Part shown: one piece after another, positions 1 to 9,801 of the stretch
Numbering within the stretch: position 1 is the stretch's first letter
How the letters are laid out: every line of letters begins with the position of its first letter
Source of the DNA: an uncultured Gammaproteobacteria bacterium
Lineage (GTDB): Bacteria > Patescibacteriota > Patescibacteriia > UBA9570
DNA length: 64,000 nt
NCBI GenBank assembly: GCA_964385285.1
Contig: CAYLOJ010000002.1
Location: 559-64,558, forward strand
Direction of reading: 5' to 3'
Made by a program: the position numbers and the translations under genes
Notes under the pieces: model-generated
What the model was told of the DNA's origin: nothing
The model's input: only the letters and a program-made list of their open reading frames with translations
Databases searched by the model: none

Positions 1-133
1 GATCGACATAATCATCAAGGCGGTGTAATACACAAATTCAACATTGCCACGTACTAGGGCATTGAGCGAAAAGATAAACGTGTAGATTGACGTAAAGTAA
101 ACAATGAACTTCTCTAGTTGATTGGTAGTCATG
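1..133 (-). CDS. Partial CDS (N-terminal ~44 aa, continues beyond the window start); hydrophobic hypothetical protein
   Basis: Reverse complement of 1-133 reads ATG at 131-133 then MTTNQLEKFIVYFTSIYTFIFSLNALVRGNVEFVYYTALMIMSI... with no stop before the window edge. Not in the ORF track because it is incomplete. Confidence 0.25.
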
Positions 134-911
134 GTTTGACGATTAAAATTACCTTAGCGCCATTGTTAATATTATCTGGATCCCAATCATGATTGGCGGA
201 CATCAGCGTATCATAACTATAGGTGTAATCTGCGCCACGCCGAGTACCGGGGTCATTTGTAATGACATGCTCCGCGGTATATCCCTTAATGACGAGCATA
301 TGATATATCGGGCCGGGGGCAGTAAAGTTCGGATTGCCAAGTTCACGTCCAGCAGCAGGAAAGATGACTGGATACCCTTGTGCCAAAGCAGTTTTTACAT
401 CATCCCAGGTCCAATCGTAAATGACCTCGGTATGGAGATCATAAAAATCTGAGATCAAATGGGCAGTTTCCTCGGCAGTCGTATCGATTGGCTGTTTCAA
501 GGTATCTTTGTTGTATTGCACTAAGGTGACAATTGCTGTATCGGCATCATTTGCATCCGGGATGTCACGTCCCTGTAAAAAGCGCGCAGCCATTAATACA
601 CTGGCTTCTTCACAAGACTCTTCATGCAGGGCATCCCAATTCGTGAGTGGAGCCTGGGAAGTAAAAGGAATATCTAAATTTAATTCTGTAGGGATCTCAA
701 TGGCTACAGGTGTATTGCTATTGGTTTCCTCCGTCGTGTTAGTGGTAGATGCATTGTGAACAACATCCACATAGGAAACAGCGCTCGGTACTTCGGCTTT
801 GGGGTTACGCCATTCATTAATAGATTCTTTAATCCGAACGCGCTGTGTCCAGGCGAATACAACCATGATGATGACCAGGAGAACACTAAGGGTAATCAGA
901 ATTTTTTTCAT
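129..911 (-). CDS. Membrane-anchored/secreted peptidase C39-like (BtrH-like) domain protein
   Basis: N-terminal TM/signal (MKKILITLSVLLVIIMVVFA). C-terminal domain with IPFTSQAPLTNWD...ESCEEASVLMAARF...YPVIFP...HMLVIKGY...ITNDPGTRRG is typical of the Peptidase_C39_2 fold. Paralogous to the C-terminus of CDS 18692-19744. Confidence 0.5.
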   Translation of the reverse strand: MKKILITLSVLLVIIMVVFAWTQRVRIKESINEWRNPKAEVPSAVSYVDVVHNASTTNTTEETNSNTPVAIEIPTELNLDIPFTSQAPLTNWDALHEESCEEASVLMAARFLQGRDIPDANDADTAIVTLVQYNKDTLKQPIDTTAEETAHLISDFYDLHTEVIYDWTWDDVKTALAQGYPVIFPAAGRELGNPNFTAPGPIYHMLVIKGYTAEHVITNDPGTRRGADYTYSYDTLMSANHDWDPDNINNGAKVILIVKP

Positions 912-931
912 ACATTACTATCTTAACTATC

Positions 932-2434
932 TTACCGATGTTTAAGCTGGTTTAGCACTAAACGCACTTCGTTATTGCGTAGGCTAAGGATAATGATAGT
1001 ATAGCTAATCATACCACTTCCAGCCATCAATACTAATTGCACCAAAGTGCCTACCGTGAGTTGCCCGACAAGCCAGACCACTACGCCCATAACGATACTT
1101 GCTAGTCCACATTGCAATATGGTTTTACCCATGGCAGGATCCATCAGTTTCGGTAAGCGCCAGAGCAGCAGGAGATCGATCACTAGGGACATGCTGACAA
1201 AGCCCAGTGCTAAACCGGTGACACCAAACCACCAACTGCCGACTAAACAGACCACCACATTCAAGACTGCTCCGATGATACTGATCAATGCCGGAGTCCG
1301 GGTGTCATGTTTCGCATAATAGATCCGTGCCAAGATATGCTGAAAACTCTCTAAGGGGATTGCGAGGGCAAAGACCATTAGAGTGATCGTTGTGCGTGTA
1401 ATCGCCTCTGCATCAAATTCACCGCCACCTAGAAATACAGTAATTAGTGGTCGACTGACAAAAATCATGCCCACCATCGCTGGAAGTGTAAACAATACAA
1501 TGGTGCGCAGCGCGGTCTTAGCATTCCCTAACATTTGATCATGGCGCTCAGCGGCGACATCCGCTGCTAAGAGTGGAAACAAAACGGTGGCAATGGCGAT
1601 GCCAATAAAACTAACCGGCAGACTTTGAAAGTTTCGCGCGAAATTAAAGACCGCGACACTTCCATGTTCAAGCGTAGAACCTACTGCATTGTAGGTCCAC
1701 AAACTGGCTTGGACAGCTAGTAAGCCAATGACCCGTGGCCCCATCAACGCTAGAGTCTGGCGGACAGCGGGGTCATGGAATGCACCAACCCGAATCGTCG
1801 GTTGATAACCGATGCGCCAACTCGCTAGAATCCGAATGGCTAAGTGTAGACAGGCACCGATAATGACACCAAACACGACACCTTGAATGCCAAAGCGCGG
1901 AGCAAAGACAAGGATACCCAGTACAATCCCAACGTTGTACAGCATGGGGGAGAGTGCATAGGCTAAGAACCGGTGCCGGCCTTGTAAGACAGCACCAAAT
2001 AATGTACTGACACCGAAGAGTAATGGTGAGAGCAACATCCAACGACTAGTACTAGTCAGTGTCGCTAAATCGGCAGTGGAGAATCCTGGAGCAATCCAGG
2101 GTGTGATCAGCGGCATACCGGCCAGCGCAAGGAGATCCACGCAAAGTAACGCTACGAGCACAACGGTGAACACACTATTAGCTGCCTGATAAGCAGCCGG
2201 TTCTTGTTTGTGTTTTAAAATTTGTGCAAAGATAGGGATGAAGGCCGTGGTTAATGCCGCCGCAAATAGATTCATAATTAGATCCGGCAATAAAAAAGCC
2301 GAATTAAAAATGTCGACTTCACGACTAGCGCCAAAACTTTGTGCTAACAAACGATCGCGCAATAATCCAAATAGATAACTGCCGGCGGAAGCGCCCGCTA
2401 AAATAATTGCATTACGGCCGAGATGGGAACGCAT
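932..2434 (-). CDS. murJ: Lipid II flippase MurJ/MviN
   Basis: 500 aa polytopic membrane protein. The N-terminus (LAGASAGSYLFGLLRDRLLAQSFGASREVDIFNSAFLLPDLIMNLF) matches the MurJ/MviN family signature. Confidence 0.85.
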   Translation of the reverse strand: MRSHLGRNAIILAGASAGSYLFGLLRDRLLAQSFGASREVDIFNSAFLLPDLIMNLFAAALTTAFIPIFAQILKHKQEPAAYQAANSVFTVVLVALLCVDLLALAGMPLITPWIAPGFSTADLATLTSTSRWMLLSPLLFGVSTLFGAVLQGRHRFLAYALSPMLYNVGIVLGILVFAPRFGIQGVVFGVIIGACLHLAIRILASWRIGYQPTIRVGAFHDPAVRQTLALMGPRVIGLLAVQASLWTYNAVGSTLEHGSVAVFNFARNFQSLPVSFIGIAIATVLFPLLAADVAAERHDQMLGNAKTALRTIVLFTLPAMVGMIFVSRPLITVFLGGGEFDAEAITRTTITLMVFALAIPLESFQHILARIYYAKHDTRTPALISIIGAVLNVVVCLVGSWWFGVTGLALGFVSMSLVIDLLLLWRLPKLMDPAMGKTILQCGLASIVMGVVVWLVGQLTVGTLVQLVLMAGSGMISYTIIILSLRNNEVRLVLNQLKHR

Positions 2435-2850
2435 TAGTTGGGGCTAGTGAATTGGTACACTTGGACAGTGCCATTATCTAAGTAGACTTTGCTACCCGGG
2501 AAGACGATGAGATCACTATAACTTAATCGACCTTTGGGATCTTCCGGGAAGGGCAAGGGTAAGCTATTGCCACAGTGGGTGCAGTGGGGGTGGGCATTAA
2601 ACAAAAATAGTCCGCCACATTCGCAAACTGGTGCATGGCTTTGCAGATCATGCTGTTCGCGCAGTGCTGACCGTTGCAACCACAACCCCTTAATTCTGAC
2701 CTTTGCTTTTGGCTCGATATAGGCATTATGACAGCGTGCACAGTAGAGGTGAGGGAAAACGTTAGAAATCACCGCAAAACGTAGTTGTGACTGGCACGAG
2801 GTACAGGCCATCGTCTGTTGTTGTTCTCCTTGAACGGGTATGGATTTCAT
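2434..2850 (-). CDS. Cys-rich zinc-ribbon protein (hypothetical)
   Basis: 138 aa with paired CxxC motifs (CTSCQSQ...CARCHN, CECGG...CTHCGN). Its stop overlaps the murJ start as TAATG. Confidence 0.4.
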   Translation of the reverse strand: MKSIPVQGEQQQTMACTSCQSQLRFAVISNVFPHLYCARCHNAYIEPKAKVRIKGLWLQRSALREQHDLQSHAPVCECGGLFLFNAHPHCTHCGNSLPLPFPEDPKGRLSYSDLIVFPGSKVYLDNGTVQVYQFTSPN

Positions 2851-2857
2851 AGCATGG

Positions 2858-2866
2858 ATTATAACA
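2858..2866 (-). promoter_or_regulatory. Extended -10 (TGnTATAAT) promoter element 7 nt upstream of the ATG of CDS 2434-2850; near-leaderless transcript
   Basis: Minus-strand sequence reads aaaaaatgTTATAATccatgctATG. No SD sequence is present. Confidence 0.3.
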
Positions 2867-2924
2867 TTTTTTGATGATTCCCGATACTTGCCCCCCGCAG
2901 TATTTTCCGCTAAGGTAGATCCCC

Positions 2925-4703
2925 ATGGCAGATGCAGTGATCGAACAAATTAAGCAGCGCATTGATATTATTGAGTTATTATCAGAGTCGTTGCGTTTAC
3001 AAAAAGCAGGTGGTAATTGGCGGGCGCTGTGTCCCTTTCATCATGAGAACAGTCCGTCATTTATGGTTAGCCAAGAAAAGCAGATTTGGCATTGCTTCGG
3101 TTGTGACAAGGGCGGTGATATTTTTGCCTTCATCCAAGAGATGGAAGGAATAGAGTTTCCGGAAGCGCTCAAAATTTTAGCCCAGCGGGCCAATGTTACG
3201 CTCACACAATTTAATCCTTCCAAGCAACAACGCAAGCAGCAATTATTGCAGGCTGTCGCTTTGGCACAGCAATTTTATGCGCAGGCGTTTCAACAATCTC
3301 AAGAAGCGTTAGTGGCACGCACTTATATTCAGGAACGTGGTTTGAATGCAGACAGTATTACCGGATTTGGTCTCGGATACAGTTACCAAGATTGGTCGCG
3401 TTTAAAAGATTATTTAAAACAGCAAGGGGTGAGTGAGGCTGATCAAGCTGCAGCTGGTTTGGTGATTCACCAGGACTCTGGCGGATACTATGATCGTTTC
3501 CGCGGCCGCGTCATGATTCCATTGCACGATAGTAATGGGGTAGTGGTTGGGTTTACCGCACGTACGTTGAATCCGGCAGAACCGGCAGGCAAATATATTA
3601 ATTCACCACAGTCTGAGATTTACGATAAATCTAGTTTGGTATTTGGCCTGTTTCGCGCGAAGCAAGCGATCAAAAAATTGAACGCTACTTTAGTGATGGA
3701 AGGAAATATGGATGCCATTACGGCGCCGCAACGCGGCTGTCCTATTGCGGCTGCCTCCTCCGGGGCGGCAGTCACTGAACAACAACTTTTACAATTGAAG
3801 CGCTACTCGCATAATTTGTTGCTGGCCTTCGATTTAGATGCCGCCGGTGAAAAAGCGGCTGAACGTGGTATCGATTTAGCCATGCAGCATGCCATGAACA
3901 TTAAAGTGGTGCGCTGGCCAGAACAGTATAAAGATCCTGACGACTGCATCCGTGCTAATCCCGCTGCCTTTAAAGAAGCAATCCGTCAGGCTATTGGAAT
4001 TGTCGATTACTGGTTCATGCAAGCGATGCGTGATCTACAACTTACCAGAGTTGAACATAAAAAATTATTAGTACAACGCTTGCTACCCAAACTGGCCAAG
4101 CTAAAGGATCCGGTTGAGATTGCTCATTATGTGCAGCAGCTAGCCGATGTGGTACGGGTAGATGCACATTTACTACAAGAACAGGTACGGCGTTTAGCGG
4201 GTGGAAAGGGGAATGCCGTGCGTGTGAAGCAAGCTCCAGTGAAACCACGTGGCCAGGATCGCTCTGCACGGTTGGCGGAACATGCTCTCGGTTTGTTGCT
4301 GTTAATGCCTGAGCAGTTAGGATATGCTCAGACCTATCTTGATATCGGATTCATTGCTGACCCTACCCTAGAGGAGCTTTACAGAAGAATGCTAGATCAG
4401 TATAATAAGGCCGGTCAGTTTTCAGAGGAAACCTATCTAAACGCATACCCGGCGGATGCTCCGCTCTTGGGAAAACTACGTTTACAAGTCACTAAAGATT
4501 TCCCTGAACGGTCGCTCGTAGATCAGCAAGAAGCTCTCATTACGGTCATCCGTGAATTACATAAGCGCTATGTAGAGCAACGCTTGCGTTCTATCGAAGT
4601 AGAACTAAAACAAGCCGATTTACAAGAGCAGCAAGAGCTCTCTAATCAATTGATGGAAGAAGCTCAGCTCCTTACGCAACAATTAACTGCGTTATCTCAA
4701 TAA
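2925..4703 (+). CDS. dnaG: DNA primase DnaG
   Basis: CHC2 zinc finger ([34 protein letters not shown]), a TOPRIM region (VMEGNMDAI...[12 protein letters not shown]) and a C-terminal helicase-interaction region. 592 aa. Confidence 0.9.
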   Translation: MADAVIEQIKQRIDIIELLSESLRLQKAGGNWRALCPFHHENSPSFMVSQEKQIWHCFGCDKGGDIFAFIQEMEGIEFPEALKILAQRANVTLTQFNPSKQQRKQQLLQAVALAQQFYAQAFQQSQEALVARTYIQERGLNADSITGFGLGYSYQDWSRLKDYLKQQGVSEADQAAAGLVIHQDSGGYYDRFRGRVMIPLHDSNGVVVGFTARTLNPAEPAGKYINSPQSEIYDKSSLVFGLFRAKQAIKKLNATLVMEGNMDAITAPQRGCPIAAASSGAAVTEQQLLQLKRYSHNLLLAFDLDAAGEKAAERGIDLAMQHAMNIKVVRWPEQYKDPDDCIRANPAAFKEAIRQAIGIVDYWFMQAMRDLQLTRVEHKKLLVQRLLPKLAKLKDPVEIAHYVQQLADVVRVDAHLLQEQVRRLAGGKGNAVRVKQAPVKPRGQDRSARLAEHALGLLLLMPEQLGYAQTYLDIGFIADPTLEELYRRMLDQYNKAGQFSEETYLNAYPADAPLLGKLRLQVTKDFPERSLVDQQEALITVIRELHKRYVEQRLRSIEVELKQADLQEQQELSNQLMEEAQLLTQQLTALSQ

Positions 4704-4705
4704 TA

Positions 4706-6040
4706 ATGGCAAAGCGTCCGGTTACATCCATGAAAGCCAAATCTAAAACTCCAGCCAAAGGGAAGGTTAAGCCTAAAGCAAAACCAAAAGCACAACCTAA
4801 ACCCAAAGCAAAACCTGTAAAGAAACAACCGGCAAAAAAACCTGTAAAGAAACCGGTTGTTAAAAAGAAAACCGCTGAAAAAAAACCGCTAGCTAAAAAG
4901 TCTTCAGACAAAAAGGTTAAAGCTCCAGCTCTCGTTTTGTCTGCACCCGTTCCATTTCCTGTTGATGGCGCTGAGTTATTGTTGAAAAAGGGCCGCACCC
5001 GCAACTTCCTCACAGAAACTGAGATGCTCTATACCTTCAATAGTTTGGAAGATTACGTTTCTGAATTTGAATTCTGGTTAGGGTTAGTAGAAAAATCGGG
5101 TATTCAGGTGATTGAAACCGATGGTAACGTACTTGGGTTAGATGCAAAACGTGTCGGCTTAGTAGATGCAAATCGTGAAAAGGCTGGTAAAGCGGCGATG
5201 GATCTGTCTGATATTTCTGGTGACTCCATTCAGATGTATTTGCGAGAAATTGGTAAAGTACCGTTATTGTCGACCGAAGAGGAGATTCGTTTAGCCAAAT
5301 TAAAAGAGGCCGGAGACCTGGAAGCAAAGCGCAAGTTGCTAGAAGCAAACTTACGCTTGGTAGTAAGTATTGCTAAAAAATTCACCGGCCGCTCATTATC
5401 CTTATTGGATCTTATCCAAGAGGGCAACATTGGTTTACATCGCGCTGTTGAAAAATTTGATTATCGTAAAGGTTATAAATTTTCTACCTACGCTACCTGG
5501 TGGATTCGCCAAGCCATTACCCGTAGTTTGGCCGATCAATCTCGTACCATTCGTATTCCGGTGCACATGGTGGAAACAATCAATAAATTTCAACAGATTG
5601 AACGTGGCTTAATTCAGATCCTTGGTCGCGAACCCCTACCTGAAGAGATCGCCGCAGAAATGGGTGAAGAGTTGGACAAGGTCCATACCATTATTAAGAT
5701 CTCTCAAGAAACTGTTTCATTAGAAACTTCTGTTGGGGATGATGAATCTGAAGATTCTACACTTGGCGATTTCATCGAAGATCAAAAGACCATGTCTCCA
5801 GATCGTTCGGCTTCACTGCAACTCTTAAAGGATCACGTCTTTGATATTATTAAAGATCTACCACCACGCGAGCAAAAAATTCTTGAAATGCGTTTTGGAT
5901 TGATCGACGGTGTGTCCCATACCTTGGAAGAGGTTGGTCAGGAGTTTGGAGTTACTCGTGAACGTATTCGTCAGATTGAAGCTAAAGCTTTGGATAAAAT
6001 TCAACAGCACGTCGGCATGCGCAAGCTAAGGGATTATTAA
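4706..6040 (+). CDS. rpoD: Primary sigma factor RpoD (sigma-70) with a lysine-rich N-terminal tail
   Basis: Regions 1.2-4 are conserved ([58 protein letters not shown]). The first ~90 aa are KPKAKP/KKPV repeats. It lies immediately downstream of dnaG, the conserved operon order. Confidence 0.9.
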   Translation: MAKRPVTSMKAKSKTPAKGKVKPKAKPKAQPKPKAKPVKKQPAKKPVKKPVVKKKTAEKKPLAKKSSDKKVKAPALVLSAPVPFPVDGAELLLKKGRTRNFLTETEMLYTFNSLEDYVSEFEFWLGLVEKSGIQVIETDGNVLGLDAKRVGLVDANREKAGKAAMDLSDISGDSIQMYLREIGKVPLLSTEEEIRLAKLKEAGDLEAKRKLLEANLRLVVSIAKKFTGRSLSLLDLIQEGNIGLHRAVEKFDYRKGYKFSTYATWWIRQAITRSLADQSRTIRIPVHMVETINKFQQIERGLIQILGREPLPEEIAAEMGEELDKVHTIIKISQETVSLETSVGDDESEDSTLGDFIEDQKTMSPDRSASLQLLKDHVFDIIKDLPPREQKILEMRFGLIDGVSHTLEEVGQEFGVTRERIRQIEAKALDKIQQHVGMRKLRDY

Positions 6041-6152
6041 AAGATCCTAATCTACCCACGGGGATAAACCCCGGGACTCCAATGGGAGGCGCCGGCTTTA
6101 GGCCGGTTGCTGGTATGTTCAATTTTGTAAGGTGCTTTATTTTTTTCATCAC

Positions 6153-6181
6153 TTGCAATGGTGTGTCAGCTGGGGTATAAA
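6153..6181 (+). promoter_or_regulatory. Sigma70-like promoter (TTGCAA-17-TATAAA) with the predicted TSS at or next to the thyX-like ATG (leaderless)
   Basis: TTGCAA at 6153-6158, a 17-nt spacer, TATAAA at 6176-6181, ATG at 6188. Confidence 0.45.
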
Positions 6182-6187
6182 TAGTAC

Positions 6188-7747
6188 ATGAAACAGAAGT
6201 CTAAAACTCCACAACGACGTAAATTACAACGCAGTATCTATGCCGTGGGAGGCTTAGCGCTACCACCGGAAGCTGGCGCCTACGGTTTAGCCCGTTACAG
6301 TCGGTCTGATAAACCAGCCAGAGAGACCTTTACTGCAATGGCTGAAAAAATTCTCGAAGGGAATGACGCGATGAAGCGTTTTTTTGAGATTTTTTATTTC
6401 CAATATGGTCATGCCTCGATTGCTGACTTAGCCCATGTGGGGATGGCGGTAGAAAATATCTCCATGATCGCTGCGATGGATTTAGTGGACGAACAGCTAT
6501 GGGATGGCCAAGAACGTTCTACACGTTATCAACACTTCAGTGAAGATGCCGTGCATGAACCGAACAGCGTGACGAAGAATGCCAAAGTCGCTAAGCAGTA
6601 TCGCACGGGCATTGCCTACCTGATGGCTGAGTATGAAAAGCTGTATCCAGAATTGTTAGCCGCCGTACAAGAGCAAAATCCATTACCGAAAGATTATCCA
6701 GAGGGTGCCTACAAATCAGCTACCAAAGCGCGCGCTTTTGATATGGCACGCTATCTGTTGCCCTTAGCTACGTTGACCAGCGTTGGTCAGATTACCTCTG
6801 GCCGCACCTTAGAGAAGATGATTTCGCGGTTATACTCAAGTGACTATAGTGAAATTCGAGCGATGGCGGATGATCTGAAAACAGCTTGTAATTCTCCAGC
6901 GTTTAACCCGTTCAGCCAAGAGATTGCGAGCGGATTGAAGAAAATTCCGGATGCTAAATTACGTAAACGGTTAGAAAAAATTCTCGCTCCAGGACACCCA
7001 CTACCAACCTTAGTGAAGTACACGGCACCGATGAAGTATCAGATGGAGACAAAAAAAGATCTTCAACAAGCGGCACGTGAATTGTTGAAAATAAAAACGG
7101 TGGATTCGAGTTTTGATGTCCAGGCATTTCATAAACAAGACCCATTGGTGGAGGCTGTGACTACAGCGCTCTATGGCGTAACCCACTATTCCTACAAACA
7201 AATTTACACACAAGTAAAAGAGTGGAGTGAGAAGCGATTGATTGAGGTCTATGAATTAGCCACACGTAAACGAGGCGCGCATGATGAATTACCGCGCTAC
7301 TTAGATACTCATAGTGTGACGATGGATATCTTAATGGATGTGGGTTCTTACCGTGATATGCACCGACATCGTCGTACTATCCAAGTTCCGCAAGATTATA
7401 CTCCAATCCATGGTTACGATACGCATCCTGAAACCGGAAAATATGGTGGTCTCTATCCATATCAAGTCGCCATGGATAATATTTCAGAAACGTTGAAGAA
7501 ACTAGATGCAGTTAATCATGAAGCGGCCATTTATTTAATGCCGATGGGCTTTAAGCGTCGTTCATTGTTCAAGATGGGCTGGAATGAGATTGATTACATT
7601 GGCAAATTGCGTACCGGACCAGGCCGTCATTTATCGTATTGGACGATTGCACTCAGAATGGTTGAAGAGGCCAAAAAATTATCTCCTGTGCGCACACGAC
7701 ATATTCCCACCAAACCGTTATCGATGGATACGGTCTATGAGCGTTAA
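6188..7747 (+). CDS. thyX: ThyX-like (Thy1 family) flavin-dependent thymidylate synthase homolog, atypically long (519 aa)
   Basis: GHASIADLAHVGMAVENIS, QERSTRYQHF, ARYLLPLATLTSVGQITSGRTLEKMI and GSYRDMHRHRRT resemble ThyX blocks (GHFSVLEHASVSF, SQLSQRYV, ARAVLPNATETR..., GNYRAWRHF), recalled from memory of M. tuberculosis ThyX. The canonical RHR of the RHRx7-8S signature is not at the expected position. Confidence 0.5.
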   Translation: MKQKSKTPQRRKLQRSIYAVGGLALPPEAGAYGLARYSRSDKPARETFTAMAEKILEGNDAMKRFFEIFYFQYGHASIADLAHVGMAVENISMIAAMDLVDEQLWDGQERSTRYQHFSEDAVHEPNSVTKNAKVAKQYRTGIAYLMAEYEKLYPELLAAVQEQNPLPKDYPEGAYKSATKARAFDMARYLLPLATLTSVGQITSGRTLEKMISRLYSSDYSEIRAMADDLKTACNSPAFNPFSQEIASGLKKIPDAKLRKRLEKILAPGHPLPTLVKYTAPMKYQMETKKDLQQAARELLKIKTVDSSFDVQAFHKQDPLVEAVTTALYGVTHYSYKQIYTQVKEWSEKRLIEVYELATRKRGAHDELPRYLDTHSVTMDILMDVGSYRDMHRHRRTIQVPQDYTPIHGYDTHPETGKYGGLYPYQVAMDNISETLKKLDAVNHEAAIYLMPMGFKRRSLFKMGWNEIDYIGKLRTGPGRHLSYWTIALRMVEEAKKLSPVRTRHIPTKPLSMDTVYER

Positions 7748-8489
7748 AACGTGGTTGCAGTTGGTGGGTGGGGCACTGGCCTGCGTTGCCATTGGTCTGA
7801 CTGCGTTAACACTCTGGTTATATTTTGTAATTGCTAGTGGTTTGCCGGCTGAGCGACCAGCCGAGTTTACATTTGAAATTGCCGAAGGCGGTGGCATGCT
7901 AAATCAATCCTCGAGTTATGAATTAACAAATGGCCAACTGACCTATACGGATCACTATGAAGACAGTACGGTCACGACGCAATTTGATCTGAGTGAAGAG
8001 GAGTTGGATTATTTTTGGCAGATTTTGCGAGTGCAGCGGTTTGATCGCATGCGCGCGCATGAAGAGCAAGGCGTCTATGATCGTGGCGGTACTACGATGC
8101 GGCTGAACTACAATGATGTCAATATTTCAGCCACCGATGCCGGCATGACCTTTTTAAATGGTTCGAGCTCAAAGCGTTTTTATGCTATCGAACGAGAGCT
8201 GACCACATTAGTAAAACCATACCTAGATAATCGTATGCGTTCCGTTGCAGTGAAGATTGACCCTGCAGTTGCGCCTGCTGTTCAGTTTGTACAACTCAAT
8301 GCGCAAGTGCTGTACGCACAGACTGGTGATGCCAGTGGACACCTTTCGGTATTACCTGGTGATTATCTTGTCAGTCTGACAACGCAAGATGGCTATGAAA
8401 CCAGCATGGTCACCATTACAGAAGCCTCAAATATTGTGGTGAGTGGTTCACCAGATGCGATTACCGTAACCGTAGAACCAATTCTTTAG
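7737..8489 (+). CDS. Hypothetical membrane-anchored protein
   Basis: In-frame ATG at 7737 overlaps the thyX stop. N-terminal TM (WLQLVGGALACVAIGLTALTLWLYFVIASGL). No recognised domain. Confidence 0.4.
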   Translation: MSVKTWLQLVGGALACVAIGLTALTLWLYFVIASGLPAERPAEFTFEIAEGGGMLNQSSSYELTNGQLTYTDHYEDSTVTTQFDLSEEELDYFWQILRVQRFDRMRAHEEQGVYDRGGTTMRLNYNDVNISATDAGMTFLNGSSSKRFYAIERELTTLVKPYLDNRMRSVAVKIDPAVAPAVQFVQLNAQVLYAQTGDASGHLSVLPGDYLVSLTTQDGYETSMVTITEASNIVVSGSPDAITVTVEPIL

Positions 8490-8617
8490 TTCTTGAACTC
8501 TAGTTTCTACAGCGTAGTATTACGCTCTACAAACTAGGTGTGCTCCGAAATGAATCATTTCAGGAGCACCGGAGCGTTCCACCCATGTGGTCACGTTCCG
8601 TCCTCCTAGTGGGCCGA

Positions 8618-9295
8618 CTACTCGCAGTCCGTGTCGCCGAACGTGTCGGCGGCGCCGTCGCAGTCGTCATCAAGGCCGTTGTTGCAGTTCTCGGGCGCGG
8701 CTGGGTTGATGACGTCGCTGGTGTCGTCGCAGTCGTCGCTGGCTGCGCCGTAGCCATCCCCGTCGTTGTCGTCGGTGATGCAGGTGGCGCCCACCTCCCA
8801 GTCCTCATCGAGCACACCGTCACAGTCCTCGTCCTCCTGATCCCCGCATTGCTCGGTGGCACCGGGGTGGATGGACGGATCCTGATCGTTGCAGTCGACG
8901 TCGTACTCATGGCCGTCGAGGTCACGGTCGAAGTCGTTGTCTCCGGCGCAGTTGGAGTCGAGACCGTCGTACCAGATCTCGGGCGCGGCTGGGTTGACGC
9001 TGGCATCGGCATCGTTGCAGTCTCCGCCCGTCCAGCTGGTGCCCGCGGGGAGCACACAGGTGGTGTTGAGGGCGTCGTAGCCGTAGCCATCGTCGTCCTC
9101 ATCCAGGTAGGCGATCTGTTGTAGGCCCTGGTCGATGAGACCATCACAGTCGTCATCGAGGCCGTTGCAGACCTCTGCGGTGGGAGTGCAGGACGGGCCG
9201 GTGTCGGCAACCGTCGCCGTGTCTTCCCCAAGGATCACCACCTTACCGGCGGTGCAGCCCGAGAGTAGACACAGGCACAGAATCATCAGTTTCAT
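8618..9295 (-). CDS. Secreted lipoprotein with MopE-like Cys/Asp-rich putative metal-binding repeats; GC-rich foreign gene
   Basis: Lipoprotein signal (MKLMILCLCLLSGC) preceded by a GGAGG RBS. Repeated CNGLDDDCDG / EDCDGVLDE / NGLDDDCDGAAD motifs. GC about 65%, with overlapping shadow ORFs in every frame. Confidence 0.6.
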   Translation of the reverse strand: MKLMILCLCLLSGCTAGKVVILGEDTATVADTGPSCTPTAEVCNGLDDDCDGLIDQGLQQIAYLDEDDDGYGYDALNTTCVLPAGTSWTGGDCNDADASVNPAAPEIWYDGLDSNCAGDNDFDRDLDGHEYDVDCNDQDPSIHPGATEQCGDQEDEDCDGVLDEDWEVGATCITDDNDGDGYGAASDDCDDTSDVINPAAPENCNNGLDDDCDGAADTFGDTDCE

Positions 9296-9419
9296 GGAAC
9301 CTCCGTTCCTGTTGAGGGTCGTTGCCTGAAAACGCGGATCATTTTTAGCTGACTTTGATGGAACTGTCAACGCTAACTGATGATCAAAATACCCAATTTT
9401 ACTATTGTAAAACCAAGCG

Positions 9420-9448
9420 TTGACAGTTTTTTAGCTCAGCACTATAAT
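9420..9448 (+). promoter_or_regulatory. Consensus sigma70 promoter (TTGACA-17-TATAAT) for tRNA-Asn
   Basis: TTGACA at 9420-9425, a 17-nt spacer, TATAAT at 9443-9448, about 32 nt upstream of the tRNA 5' end. Confidence 0.6.
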
Positions 9449-9480
9449 CACAGGCGTTCTTTGAGTAAAGAATAAACTAT

Positions 9481-9552
9481 TCAGGAGTAGCTCAGCGGTA
9501 GAGCAATACGCTGTTAACGTATGGGTCCTGGGTTCAAATCCCAGCTCCTGAG
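9481..9552 (+). tRNA. tRNA-Asn (anticodon GTT)
   Basis: Manual cloverleaf: acceptor TCAGGAG/CTCCTGA, D-arm GCTC-AGCGGTA-GAGC, anticodon stem ATACG/CGTAT with loop CTGTTAA, T-arm CTGGG-TTCAAAT-CCCAG, discriminator G. 72 nt with no encoded CCA. Confidence 0.9.
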
Positions 9553-9598
9553 CATAAATAAAATCACGCCCATCTGGGCGTGATTTTATTTGATTGTT
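9536..9598 (+). repeat. Direct repeat copy 1 (tRNA-Asn 3' end plus terminator; attL-like)
   Basis: aaatcccagctcctgagcataaataaaatcacgcccatctgggcgtgattttatttgattgttc is repeated at 10702-10767 with about 90% identity. Confidence 0.75.
9562..9591 (+). terminator. Rho-independent terminator of tRNA-Asn
   Basis: Hairpin AATCACGCCCA-tc-TGGGCGTGATT followed by TTTATTT. Confidence 0.7.
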
Positions 9599-9710
9599 CA
9601 AGTAGCTAAGGATTTGAAGGGTATCCGAAGAAAGTGCCGGTGGCACTTTGTGAGGAACCCAGGCCGTGAAGGAACTCTGAGCCGGCTTGCGGCGAAGAGT
9701 AGGTGAACGG

Positions 9711-9729
9711 AAATCCCAGCTCCTCAGGA
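9711..9729 (+). repeat. Third, degenerate partial copy of the tRNA-Asn 3' end (aaatcccagctcctcagga)
   Basis: Matches 16 of 19 nt of the tRNA acceptor/T-arm 3' segment. It lies between the two full repeats. Confidence 0.5.
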
Positions 9730-9801
9730 TATCACCCTACTGTTCTTTGAAGCATTGAGCATGATACACTGTAAACAATTTGATATTAGAAATGAATTCA
9801 A

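Noticed and set aside
1047-2042. Antisense ORFs inside murJ (1047-1319 +, 1773-2042 -) and similar small ORFs nested in dnaG, thyX, topA, mfd, the pilin-like giant and the 1479-aa gene
   Set aside because: They are nested in or antisense to long conserved genes. There is no independent support.
4672-5013. Antisense ORF (113 aa) opposite the start of rpoD
   Set aside because: It mirrors the Lys-rich repeat region of rpoD (AAG/AAA repeats read as Phe/Leu on the opposite strand). Composition artefact.
6041-6150. Two short GC hairpins after rpoD (CGGGG-ataaa-CCCCG; CCGGC-tttag-GCCGG)
   Set aside because: Stems of only 5 bp with no clear U-tract. They might be a weak terminator, but the evidence is too thin to call.
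9431-9646. 71-aa ORF on the minus strand spanning the tRNA-Asn gene
   Set aside because: Overlaps a confidently folded tRNA and its promoter and terminator. Spurious.
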